NCBI GenBank assembly: GCA_049724395.1
Contig: JAUGWO010000007.1
Coordinates: forward strand, 1 to 64,000
DNA length: 64,000 bases
From: Spongospora subterranea f. sp. subterranea
Taxonomy: Eukaryota
Reading direction: 5' to 3'
A program made the translations under genes and the position numbers. This document shows positions 12,390 through 24,622 of this stretch, in pieces. The first letter of the stretch is position 1. Every line of letters begins with the position of its first letter. The notes below the pieces were generated by a model. It had not been told where the DNA came from and did not search any database. It saw only the letters and a list, made by a program, of their open reading frames with translations.

Positions 12390-13250
12390 TGCAATTTATG
12401 TGAGTCATCTGGTGATTGTCTACAACTGCTGTGTATCCTGACATGTCATCAGGATGTCATGGGGTTTATATAGATGAAACTGAGCTAAGGCTTCCAATAT
12501 TGTCAATCAATTATCGGACCCGTCTAATAAATATTTTCCAGATACAGTACAACATTTTACATAGAAAGTCCACATTGGTAAAAGCCATCAATTTCCGATC
12601 GTAAGTAGTCGTGTTCATGGGTTCTGTCGAATATATCAAAGTCAGCATACGCCTCGGCATAAAGCGACATCTGGGCAGTCTACGAATATAGACATGAGAT
12701 GAGGCGAAACCGGTGAAGCGTTCGCACCTGCAGTGATACTGTCGTGAGGCGTTGCGACATGTCCATAGAGTATCAAAACATGGCACCATTTTCTCGAACA
12801 GGATATCCTGCCTTCATGAACCTTGTCATGCAGTGCCGGTCTTTACCAAAGTCCATTTCCTTCCTCTCTACGAACTTGTCGCGATAAAAGTGATGTTGAA
12901 TATGTCCGACCAGGGTTCGAACATCCAACATTTCTCGATACAAAACACCGCATTCACTGACCAATGCGAAAGTATTTTTGATTTCCCACAGTTTTTGTAT
13001 CACTCATTCGTCATATATCTACAGCCTTCATTCGACAAACTGCTTGACACGCCTATCGATGACAATCTGATTGACCATAAGACATTTGGAGAGATGCCTG
13101 ATAATGGTGATGGACACAGTGATCAACGGCCAACCAGAGTTTTTATATTGTCCTGAAGGTGACGACTCAAACTCCCGAACCTGAGTTCAACGACTGATGT
13201 CGGAACCAATGAAGAATGAGGACCCACATCTGAACCCCCAAACGTTATAA
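12390..13250 (-). mobile_element. Mutator-like (MULE) transposase remnant with an intron
   Basis: After removing a 48-nt GT..AG intron (~12680-12727), the minus strand reads YSMDMSQRLTTVSLQTAQMSLYAEAYADFDIFDRTH/NTTTYDRKLMAFTNVD...KPHDILMTCQD. This matches the MULE D-x-T-x-x-T-x-x-Y and P-x-x-i-x-TD motifs. Stops and frameshifts are present. Confidence 0.75.
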
Positions 13251-15025
13251 TATTTCGAATATGATATACTAATACTTTCAGATCGCTACTAGAGAGGTTG
13301 GGGTGACTGGAGGAACCTTGGCACCTTGGAAAATGGACTATCTTGTAGCGCCAATACGTGTGACCAAATAGGTTGTCAACTACAGATCATTGGTTATTGT
13401 ACCCATTAGTACGACAAGGAATACCCCTAGTATAATGACACGACAGAATACTCTGTATATCAATCTGCGACTCCTCCCGCTTCGCATCCATCACCGCCGA
13501 ACAAGTACGTGCAATTCACGGTTCAGTATCTTCACTTCAATGATCATTCGGTACAACATACCCGAATTGCACTGAAGCAAATCGCCAACAGCATCTGCGG
13601 GACTTAGATGACCTTTTGGCATCTTGGCGTCCAAAACAATCCGCTGTACGAGATTGCCTAGCTCCCCTCAATCGTCCCTCTGGCGTTATTGAGTTTTGTT
13701 TATCGAGCGAGGCTAAAGTTAACTGGCCTGAAAACGAAGGTGTTCGCGTTGCCAGAAGTGTCTCATAGATTGTCGGCCGTTGCAATACAGTAAAAATCTC
13801 TATTACAGTTGTCCCATATCAGCGCCCAACCCTGACTTTGAGCGCCTTAGACCCTCGTCAAATCGATGTTATGGGTATTGGCGTAAACAGAGAGCTTCAA
13901 ATGACGATTTAAAGCCAGGAAAACTTGATGTAAAGAAGGGATCACAACTTTAAAGCGATAATCACATTACCGGTTTGCCAGAGTGTGATCCTGGCGCCAT
14001 ATCCCTACTGTACTCCTCGCCCTTTTTCCTGAAGAGCTGTTGTCGTCTAAGGACAACTGGCCTGGCGTCGGAGGTACAAGATCTGGCTGTCCTTCTCAAG
14101 GAAGGCCTGATCACAGATGTAGAGTACGAGAATATAAAGCGATCAGCACTCCTGCGCTTCAAGAAGGGCATTAGCCCCTGACGTTTGTGCCTCTACAACA
14201 CCCACAGCGAAAGTGATTCAGGCTCCTACCGCTTCCTCACGTCCACAACCATTGAATCCTCGTTTGTCGTCGTCTGCCAGTAGGAAACAACTGAAAATTT
14301 TGTTCAAAGCCCTGATTGTGTTTGGACGCTCGTCGAATTCTAAGGCTGAAACAACGACATCTCAAACATGAATACACCGATACTTTGTGCCAGGAACAAT
14401 TACCTCAAGGACGACTGGGAAGGTCAATGTTCCAAAGATTATCCCACAGCTCCCTGTTGATGATCTCACATGCTCAACGTGCAACGGACGATGCAAGCAT
14501 TTGTACAGCACATGAGAACCAAGGAATCCATTCATTGACCGGTCCCGAAAACCAAGAGTTGGTAATGCTCGTTTGTAGAATCTGAGATCTCACGCCCCGC
14601 TCACGCCATGTCATCAGACGGTGAGAAAAGCATAAAATCCAGCAAATCGAAGCGAAGAAGACGTTATGATTTGAGTACAAGCGTCAAATCGTAGAGGAAT
14701 TTGGTACTTTCCTCATCTTGTCCAAAGAAAACAATGAGAAAACCAGTCTGGGCTACACGAATTTTAGCGCACCTTCATCGTGGTCGCCGAGATGAATTAT
14801 CCAGTAGTCCTTCCCTTACCGTTTTTCGAAGACCATGGTTTTCGACATTAATCTGTCTCGATCGCTGATAAGGACTTGTAGATCGGGTGTAGAATTTCCT
14901 CTTGTTCGAATCCGATCCGCTGGGCAGGAAATTAACGAACTGGCACGTTCCGCCACACGAAGGCCCAAGTGATGAAGAAACCATTGGTGGAAGTGATGAG
15001 GAGGTTTCTATTATTCGTCGGGTAA

Positions 15026-17870
15026 TTGGAGTTTTGTGATATTTTTAGTAATGAAGTATCCGGTGCATTAAAAGGAGTCAGTTTTGTTATTGATACTGAA
15101 GGTGCTGAACCTGTCCGATCACCACCTTATCGAACTTCTCCAGCAGACCGGCCGATTATCGATGTTTATCTTGACGAACAATTAGCGACTGGGAACCTGG
15201 TGCCATCGAAGTCGCCATTGGCTTCCCCAGTGACCTTGGTTGATAAGCCTGATGGGACTAAACGAGTTTGTGGTGATTATCGCAGGTTGAATAAGGTGAC
15301 GGTGCGGGACAATGGTCATTACCGATCATTTGAGACCTACTAGGTCAACAGCAGGGAAAGTCCAAAGGTCGATTTTACGTCGGGATTTAGTCAGATTCGG
15401 GAACCGCTATCATAATTCACCGAGGGTTGTTTGAGTATTCGACGATGCCGTTTGGACCACGAAATGGACCTGCGACGTTTCAGCGTGGTGGGAACGAGAT
15501 TTTATCTCCTGTTCTATGGACGACCCATTTCCTGTATGTTGATGATTGCCTAACGGCGACTGCGGGAGCTTCCGGGATCACGTCGATGCTTTACGAACAG
15601 GGTTCGAGTTGGTTCGGAAGTATAACGGCAAACTAAAGGATAAGACCAGAACGAGCTTGACTGGTTTGGACATTGGGTCTCTAAAACAGGCATCAGGACT
15701 AACGATGACAAAGTAACTGCCATTCGCGATAATCCTGCGCCTATAACAACGACAGACATTAGGAGTTTCTTGGGAATGGACAGGATTCTATCGGAGATAC
15801 GTTGACGGGTTTTCGCGCCGTACAGCGCCACTGAGTTCGTTGCCCTCGATCATCGTTTATCTGGGCGGATGCGTCTCAAGCAGCATTTAGTGCCATGAAG
15901 GAAGAACTGGGTTCTGCCCCAGTCCTGCGAAATCCTGATGAATCCCTACCTTACATTGTTGGAACTGATGCCTCTCAACTTGGACTTGGAGCCGTTCTAC
16001 AACAGCATCATGATCAAGGTAAGCTCTGCTCGGTCGCTTACTGCTCTCGCTCATTGAATCCTGCCGAAAAGAACTACATTGTGCCTGAACTGGAGGCACT
16101 ACGACTGTTTTCGCCCTCACCAAGTTTCGACCCTATGTTCATGGCGCTCTGTCACCGTCGAAACCGATCAACGATCTTTATTGTGGCTGCAGACAGCGAC
16201 TCATCCGTCACGTCTTGTCCGATGGGCTCTGCTCCTGTCCGATTATGATTTTGAGATGGTCTATTGAAAGGGATCCACGAATGCCGTTGCAGATGCACTG
16301 TCGCGACAACCATTGCCGGTTGATTTCCACCAATTCTGCGACATGTCTCGATGCTAATGGTCTCATGAATGATCTCGTCGAGGGGATACAGAGCAAGCAG
16401 GTCGATCATTCCGATGAGCAGGATGATCCCTCTGTTGATGAATTGGAGCTGACCAACGTTATTCAGTGTTAAATCCAGGACGAGTTGGATCATCAAGTAC
16501 GAGGTCAATTGTTGAATAAGTCGGGAAGCACATTGGCACTATCAAAGGCGTATCGTTCTCTTTTGACTCATCTCCAGAATCGAAGTTCAATTTCGGAGTC
16601 CGGAATTGATCACAAGGTGTTCGTACCGCTAAACCTCCGACCAAAGGTTTTGAGTCGATTTCATTCTTCACACTGAATCCTTGGTCATCAGGGACGAGAC
16701 CGTATGGTGCCACTCATGTCCAAGCGATACTTCTGGATTGGGATAACAAATGATGTTATCGGGTGGATTCGTCCCTGTAAGGAGTGCAGCCTGGCGAACC
16801 CCCATGTGCAGAACCATTATGGATTACGAGTCTCCCTGGTCATCGAGTCACCCTTTTTAGGTGATGGCGCTGGATTTTGTTGCACCGCTACCTATAACGG
16901 GGGAACAAGTACTCACTAACGATGATGGATGTCGATACCAATTGGGCAGAGGCGATTGCTGTTCCCGACCAGTCGGCCATCACGTTAGCGAGAACGTTCT
17001 TTGAGTGGGTTCATCTGTGTGTATGGATGTCCAAGTCGAACCCTTACTGACCAGGGACAGAATTTCATGTCGGTTGATTTCGCAGAATTGACCAAACTGC
17101 TTGGGATACATCAGATGAGGACAACGGCTCAGCCCAAATTCGAATGGTTCGTTGTTACGTGCTCTGCTGTCAGAGATCGACCCATCGAAACTGGGATCAA
17201 CATGTGCCCGCAATCATGTTCGGGTATCGTACAGGTGTCTTAAGAAGTTTAGGAGATACTCCATTCCATTTAACATTTGGACGAGATCCTATCTCACCTC
17301 GGATCTCAACAATATGAATGCTATCTCGCCTGTAGGCCGGGACTCATGTTGTTCGTCTTCAACAAGCTCTTCAAGAGGCAGAATATAATCGTGAGATGGT
17401 GGTCAGAAGGTGTAATAACCAATTCAATCGCGGAAGGAAGTTGGTTGATTACAAAGTTGGAAATTTGGTCTACCGTCATTCACCAGCTGTTCCCAAAGAA
17501 GTCAACAAGAAGCTTCATCGTCATTGAACTGGACCGTGGCGTGATTCTGAAGTTTAAGTGATATTCTGTATCGAGTTCGAGTACACCATGAATGGCAAGG
17601 AGGTTGTACAACATGTTCGACGGATGCGACATGTTGGGATATTTCAACAGGGCTCTTCCGATTCTACAACAGTTGCCCACGATGCTGAAAAACGAGTTGA
17701 CGCGGGGTGCCGATCCCGAGTATGAAGTCGAGTAGATCGTGAAACAGAGGACACGGCGTGGAGAACGAGAAGATTTCATTAAGTGGAAAGGATATGATGA
17801 ATCGTATAACACATGGGAACCAACCTCTATGCTCAACGATGCTGCGTTGGCGGCAATTCTTAAACGGCGG
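15026..17870 (+). mobile_element. Heavily decayed Ty3/Gypsy pol with chromodomain
   Basis: SPVTLVDKPDGTKRVCGDYRRLN, MPFGPRNGPATFQ, LYVDDCL, TDASQLGLGAVLQQ, integrase PSRTLTDQGQNF, chromodomain EYEVE*IV...IKWKGYDESYNTWEP. Many stops; no LTRs found. Confidence 0.9.
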
Positions 17871-18082
17871 TTTTTCAATAATATCGTCTTGGGGAGATAT
17901 GTTGATGGAACACCAGTTGCCGTCACGAAGATGACTCTACAGGGTGACCACGAACGTCGAATTCCTGGAGTAATTTTTATTTTAGTTAATCGAGTCTTAT
18001 CAAGTTTTTCTTTTTTATTAATGTCGCTAGTTGTATTACTATATACGACGAACGGCACCACCAGACTGGTCATATTGCCTGC

Positions 18083-18676
18083 AATTATACTGTTTTCGGG
18101 TTCAGATGTGAGTCTTCATTCTTCATTAGTTCCGACATCAGTCGTTGAACTCAGGTTCGAGAGTTTGAGTGATCACGTTCAGGACAATATAAAAACTCTG
18201 GTTTGCCGTTGATCACTGTGTCCATCACCATTATCAGGCATCTCTCCAAATGTCTTATGGTCAATCAGATTGTCATCGATAGGCGTGTCAAGCAGTTTGT
18301 CGAATGGAGGCTGTAGATATATGACGAATGAGTGATACGAAACTTGTGGGAAATAAAAATACATTCGCATTGGTCAGTGAATGCGGTGTTTTGTATCGAG
18401 AAATGTTGGATGTTCGAACCCTGGTCGGACATATTCAACAACACTTTTATCGCGACAAGTTCGTAAAGAGGAAGGAAATGGACTTTGGTAAAGACCGGCA
18501 CTGCATGACAAGGTTCATAATGGCAGGATATCCTGTTCGAGAAAATGGTGCCATGTTTTGAAGGGTGTAATCATATCAAAGCTGATATTGACCAGTTGCG
18601 CCATTCTTTCTTCATCGGCTTCTGTCGTCATTTGATGGTAAGAGACAAGATAGAATGACAATGACGCCCCTCATCG
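18083..18676 (+). repeat. Inverted, internally deleted copy of 10119-13250 (kinase-gene 5' end joined to MULE fragment)
   Basis: 18083-18561 is the reverse complement of ~12773-13250 with scattered substitutions. 18562-18676 is the reverse complement of ~10119-10250. Confidence 0.92.
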
Positions 18677-18679
18677 GTC

Positions 18680-20560
18680 AATGGAGAAAAAGCATTCCGC
18701 ACTCAATACGGCTTGTACGAATACCTTGTCATGCCGTTTGGATTGGCAAATGCCCCTTCCGTATTCCAACGATTGATGGACAATGTTTTCGCAGACTGCA
18801 TTTTGGAGAATTTGTCAGCGTATACCTCGACGATATAGTCATATATTCAGAAACGGAGGCCGATCATGCCAAACACGTTCGTTTAGTCTTACAGCTTCTA
18901 GGAAAACACAGGCTATTCGCTAAGCTCGAAAAATGCGAATTTTATCAGCAACGAATCCGTTTCCTTGAATACGTACTATCGCATGAGTCCTTGGAAATGG
19001 ATATGGACAGAGTGTCGGCAGTTCTCACATGGCCCAAACCACGATCAATCAAGCAAGTTCAATCGTTTCTGGGATTCGCTAATTTTTATAGGAATTTTAT
19101 TCAAAACTTTTCAAAATTTTACCTGACCACTTCACGAGTTGCGCCGAATGGAAGCAGAATTTAGGTGGACCAACCGAACTCAAACCGCGTTCTCTTCACT
19201 CAAACTGGTTTTTTCATCCGCATCGGTTTTGGCCAACTTCGACCCATCACCACCCACCATCATCGAAGCCAATGCATCGGATTTCGCACTCGGCGCCATT
19301 ATATCCCAAACCCACCCGGAAGGGGATCGATCAGTAGCTTTTTTCCAGAAAACTTCACTCCCGCCGAACTAGATTACCAGATATACGATAAGGAGTTACT
19401 GGCGATCATTGCGGCTTTCGAACAGTGGAGACATTTTCTGAGTGGATCGGCTCTACCAATTACTACAATCTCGGAAATATATCTGCCGAGCTCCTCCGTT
19501 TCTGGTTTGGATAATAAATAAATTGGTCCAAACGGTGGTGTGTTGTCTGGTATAAGGTCAATGGTGCAATCATAGGCTCGATGGGAAGGGAGCTGATCTG
19601 CGTTTTTCTTCATAAAGACATTGGCAAAATCCATGAATTCTGATGGCTCCGGATATTCAGCTGGTGATACTGGGGGTGCAAAGGTGTGGGGATTGTCAGT
19701 TTCCATAGTCATTATCATCAAGGCTGTGTTGGGGGAACTGGGACGTACGTTTCCTTGGCAATTACCCACTAGAATTGGGACAGATCGCCAATCGGTAGAA
19801 GGGTTATCAGTAAAAGAGTTCGTCAAAACATGCGAAACGTGCGCCAGATGTAAAGTACCTCGCCAAAAACCAGCAGGTCTTCTGCAGCCTTTACCCATCC
19901 CTTCGGGGCCCTGGTCCTCAATCTCTGTGGACTTTATTGTCAAACTGCCGACATCCAAGGGCCATGATTCAATTCTCGTAGTAGTCGACCGATTCACGAA
20001 AATGTCCAACTTCATTCCTTGTAACGAAAAATGCAACAGCCAAGATTTGGCTAAAATGATATTATCGAATGTCATTCGACTACACGGCCTCCCAGACGAC
20101 AATTATATCAGACAGAGGACCACAATTCATCGCTAACTTCTGGAAACCGCTCCTTCTACAGCTTAGGGTAAACCGCAAACTATCCACGGCTCGCCATCCG
20201 GAAACAGATGGGCAAAAACAGAGCGTGTGAATCAGATTCTGGAGCAATACCTCCGAGGTTTCGTCAACGTTGTCCAAAATGACTGGTGTAATATGCTACC
20301 CATGGCAGGGTTTGCATATAACAATGCCCACCATTCTTCAACAGATACGTCGCCTTTTTTCGCCAATTACGGGTTCAATTCGCGATTCGACATCAGCAGA
20401 ACCGATCAATCCAATCCGAGCGTTAATGACCATCTGGATCAGTTAAACTCCATCACGATATACCTCAAGAAAAAATTCCAACGGGCCATTACATCAATGA
20501 AAAGAAACGCCGATCGCCTACGTCAAATTGGAGATCCAGTATGGCTGTTACGTGCGGCGG
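18680..20560 (+). mobile_element. Decayed Tf1/sushi-like Gypsy pol fragment with an internal inverted segment
   Basis: [74 protein letters not shown] and HPETDGQ. The pre-RT segment LPSHRAYDCTIDL...PFGPIY lies on the minus strand at ~19470-19810. Confidence 0.92.
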
Positions 20561-20827
20561 CAAAGCGTCTAAAATTGGACCAGGCGATTGACAACCTCTC
20601 GCAGAATTCGGGGACAGACAACCTCTTATCATTGATGCTGATGATGGAAACTAAACAGCATGAGAGGGATTTGGATACAGACGAGACAGGGACGCAAGAG
20701 AGGCAAAAGTTGAAGCAGATCGGCAGGCCAGAGATGAAAGGCTAGAAGAGGAGCGAAGAGCAGATAGAAACTTCATGAAACTAATCATGTTGAAGTTTTT
20801 AAATACAGACGATTTGAGTAAAAAATA
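20560..20827 (+). pseudogene. C-terminal fragment of a charged protein, possibly the Harbinger accessory ORF
   Basis: KRLKLDQAID...LLSLMLMMETKQ...EEERRADRNFMKLIMLKFL. It is convergent with the Harbinger transposase on the other side of the Copia. Confidence 0.35.
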
Positions 20828-20859
20828 AAATTTGAATCATGGAACCTGCCGATTTTTAA

Positions 20860-22918
20860 GTTGAATTATATGGATTGCTGCCTTGATATTCATGTCCGTA
20901 TCAGCTGTTGCCATGTCCGTACGGTGATTTATTTACTCCATATAAAGTCGTTCTTTTTGCTGTTCATCTGATTGGTTATGGCCCAGAACGCTACAACTAA
21001 GAAACAGGAAGAGATGGTAAACGCCGAGAAGTTGTTGGGAAAGCTCCCACAGCTTCAAAGGAACAGTGACTTCATTCACTGGAAACGCCAGCTAACATTG
21101 GCGTTCGAGGCCAATGGTCTGGAAGACCACTTGGCGACCAAGCCAGACCCGTCGGGCGTGGACCAGATTAAACATGATAAAGCCGCGAGAGGCTACTTGT
21201 TATCATCCCTTGGACCTGTCTATTTGGACGGCGCCCTTAATATGAAAACGACGTACGAAGCATATCAGTACGTTGTAAGTGTCGCTGGAAAAGTCTCGGA
21301 TTACCACGCGGCCGAGATGGTTGCTGAACTATTCGGAAGGAAGATTGGAAACTCTGAGTCAGTTACTGAATTTACCAACCGGAAGAAGGAGTTGTTTCTA
21401 AACCTGAAGGGGTCCACGCTGCTCTCAAACCTCCAGCCAACGGCACTAGTCAACGCGATTCTTGTTTGTTCAAGAAACAAATATGAGAGCCTTGTGGAAG
21501 AATTGCGCCTTCCTGTCGTTTGGGTCTGGCCAACTCGGATTCTTGTAGGCGGCTAGATCACGTGATCTAAATCGACTTCTGAAGAATTGCGGCTGCATTC
21601 TTCCACAAGGCTCTCATATTTGTTTCTTGAACAAACAAGGAAGTTGCCTTCAAGTCGTTTACTCGAACTTGCAATTTCTGCAAGAAATTGCACTCTGGGG
21701 GTGAAGATCGATGCTGGCTCAAGCACCCAGAGCTAAAGCCCCAGCTCCACATATCCAAACTGGCCATGAATTCACCGATGAATAAATCTACGACCGATCT
21801 ACTATATTCGAAAGACTTGTCTAGTTTTAAGAAGCGTATATGGTCAGCCGACTCGGGATGCACCAAGCACATGACCGGAAATCGACATGGGATTACCAAT
21901 TACAAACCAGACCGGACTCGAATCCAGATTGCTGACAATAGTGTTATAAGAGCAAAAGGAATGGGATCAGTGCGGTTAGGAGCACAAGAGATGCTGAAGG
22001 TCCTTCATGTACCGAGTCTGGGAGAGACGAGCCTGTTCTCAGTTGCAGCCGCGGTCAAAGGGGGTCGGAAGATGATATTTGACGACGAGATATGTCAGTG
22101 GATTGACACGGACGGACATACAATTCTCGAAGGCACATTATGCAATGATGTTTACACGTTCGACGAAGAATCATGTCGAGATGCTGCAAAGGTGGCCTCA
22201 ACAGGGAATGAGATATTGCTTTGTCACGATCACACCGAAACATTGATGATATCAGGCTGATGATGAAAGCCGATGGGAAGGATCGCATCAGCACAAGTTT
22301 GGCCGAGTTCTGCGAGTCCTGTGCCCTTGGAAAGTCGAAGAGAAAATCGTTCCCAAAGACGCGGAAGCCCAGAATGAAGGAAGTCTATGAAGTCATTTGG
22401 ATGGATACCAGCGATCATAAGAGAATTTCAGATCACGGTCATAATCACTTTATTACTTTTACTGACGATGCCTCTAGGTTCAAGAAAACTTTTCTAATGC
22501 ATACAAAAGGGGAAGCTTTTTCAAAGTTTTGCGAGTTCAAGAAGTGGATAGAAAACAAAACAGACAAGAAAGTTAAGATCCTACATGGCGATAACGCAGC
22601 CGAGTATATATCTACGGAATTCGACAGTTTTCTGAAAAACGAAGGTATTGAGTTCCATGCAAACGTTCCTTATGCGTCAGAACAAAATCTGGCCGAGCAT
22701 GGGCATGGGATCATCATGGATTCAGCCAGAGCAATGATACAGAAGGCAATGCTGCCCAAGAATTTCATGGGTTACGCCATACTCACAGCTACCCATATTC
22801 TGAACTTATGTCCACATCCTGCAGACAAATCCACCACCCCTCACGAGTGGTTAAAGAAATCGGTGCCCGACCGTTCATATCTTCGTAGGTTTGGATGTGA
22901 TGCATATGCTCATATTCC
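20860..22918 (+). mobile_element. Truncated Ty1/Copia element (gag, protease, integrase; RT and RNase H missing)
   Basis: Gag DFIHWKRQL; knuckle CNFCKKLH...CW; protease WSADSGCTKHMTG; integrase CESCALGK, FITFTDDASR, LHGDNAAEY and LRRFGCDAYAHIP, after which the sequence switches to Harbinger. Confidence 0.92.
20974..20992 (+). promoter_or_regulatory. Copia primer-binding site complementary to the initiator tRNA-Met anticodon arm (half-tRNA priming type)
   Basis: GGTTATGGCCCAGAACGCT, versus the classic GGTTATGGGCCCAG PBS (one G fewer), directly upstream of gag. Confidence 0.8.
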
Positions 22919-24213
22919 ATACATTGGTCAGCAACAGCGATCGCTTGTCGGGATCATACTGCAGTGGAAGCTGCAATATGCGATACGTCTTCGAAGCGCA
23001 TCCCATTCCCCATTCAGCAGCCTGCAAAAACGTGAAAAATGATTTTACACCAAACACGATGTCAAAAAAAAACTGTCGCAAAGACATAATGGCATTGCTT
23101 AATGCTATCATAGCAAACTGACAATTTTCAGTTGATCGGGCTAGATCTCCTTCTTTCGACAGGGTGATGATCTTGCCAAAACACTCGTCGCTCACAGGAA
23201 ACGCAGAATCGCCACAGACGCATGCGTCTTCGTCTGTCAAATCCGAGTTCGCCAGTTTGCACTGCAACGCCCTGCTGGTATCCCCGTCATTCCAGGACCC
23301 AGGACAGTTGTGACGCCCCCAGATCAGTGTTCCGTCGACGCCATAACATAATGTCCCAGTAACAAACACGCAATGCAGCCAACCTAATTAATTTTGTTAC
23401 ATGTGCACAAAAATATATGTTGATTTGAAGCGCCCAACCGTTGTACATTGCATTCTGCAAATTGACATTGCTGGGCTCTTGAACCCGATAGTTTTTGCCA
23501 TCAATGAACCCAAAACACCATGAACCAACGGTTCTTTGGCGTTGGTTAACGCCGCCCACCTCCTTTGTGTAGCCTTGTCGGGAAACTAAATGGCCGCTTC
23601 AGGAACATCGAGCAACGCCTGGCTGAGAGCAAATGCCGCCTTCTTCATCACTCGGCAAAAGGTTGAGGGAGGGACACCGAACAATTCGCACAATGTTTTG
23701 CCCTCAATAGCTGCGGTATATTGGTGAAGGAGGCAGCCCAAAACAGACGCTATTCCAAAGAATTTCGGAGATCTACCACGCCTGCCGGGACCGGTCTTGA
23801 TTACATAATGTTTCTTGAAGGCATCAAGAAGATAATCGAATGTCGGCCGGTCCAGTGAAACGACTGAAATGAAGCTTCCATCGTGTTCATCGGCATATAA
23901 CGTGTGCCAAGGAGAGTTTTCTGGTTCGATTAGAGAACTTGTAACCAGGGTATTTCTAGTTCGCACCGAGGCGCGCAGCCTAAGAAGCTTCATGATGAGT
24001 AATCTCTTGCGAGCTCGTCGAGCGACAATAATCATCATCATTAGTGATCTCGTCAAACAAAGATCTTTTGATGAAACATACACTCAAGAGTATATTACGT
24101 GATTTTGTGTCACCTATTTGCGCTGTTTTTGGAGGGCATCTATTGACGCAGACCTTGACGCAAATTTGCCGAAATTTGCGTCAGCGCGATTTTTGGAAGT
24201 CACCCAACTACGC
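22918..24213 (-). mobile_element. PIF/Harbinger transposon remnant (DDE_Tnp_4-type transposase pseudogene with two introns)
   Basis: HTH region LCELFGVPPSTFCR; GFIDG; LQNAMYNGW; HNCPGSWND; CGDSAFP; LRQ/AAEWGMG. An in-frame stop at ~23586 and a frameshift are present. Possible terminus at 24213 followed by TAA. Confidence 0.9.
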
Positions 24214-24622
24214 TAACAGATACTCCTATATTGCATTGGAGCAGGGATATCAAATACCGATAGTATGAGGATATATAGATTTATGTTACCAGTTCAAGAA
24301 GAAAGCCAACAAAGACAACAGAGTATGCTTTAGTCAAACTAATGTGAATGGTTCAACGTCCTATTCTAGGCGAAAATGCTGTTATCAAACCCCAAGTTGA
24401 ATTGTGAAGTATCACATTAACACGATTGAGTTGAAATGAGCTAACGATTCTTTCTCAAACGAGGTGGACATAGAAAAGAAGGAATACAGACATGATAATC
24501 ACTAACTATCGATTCGAATGATGTCGCCCGGAAAACCACGATAAATATTCCGCAATTAAAAGAGTGAAAGAGAGTTCAATTCTTGACATGATAGAGGTTT
24601 AATGGTTTAGGAAAGTTATAGG

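Noticed and set aside
12773..18561. DIRS-like retroelement with inverted terminal repeats
   Set aside because: The inverted repeats are MULE coding fragments, and the interior has a DDE integrase and chromodomain, with no tyrosine recombinase.
1..24213. Fanzor/TnpB-type RNA-guided nuclease
   Set aside because: No RuvC motif set or zinc-ribbon pattern was recognised in any ORF.
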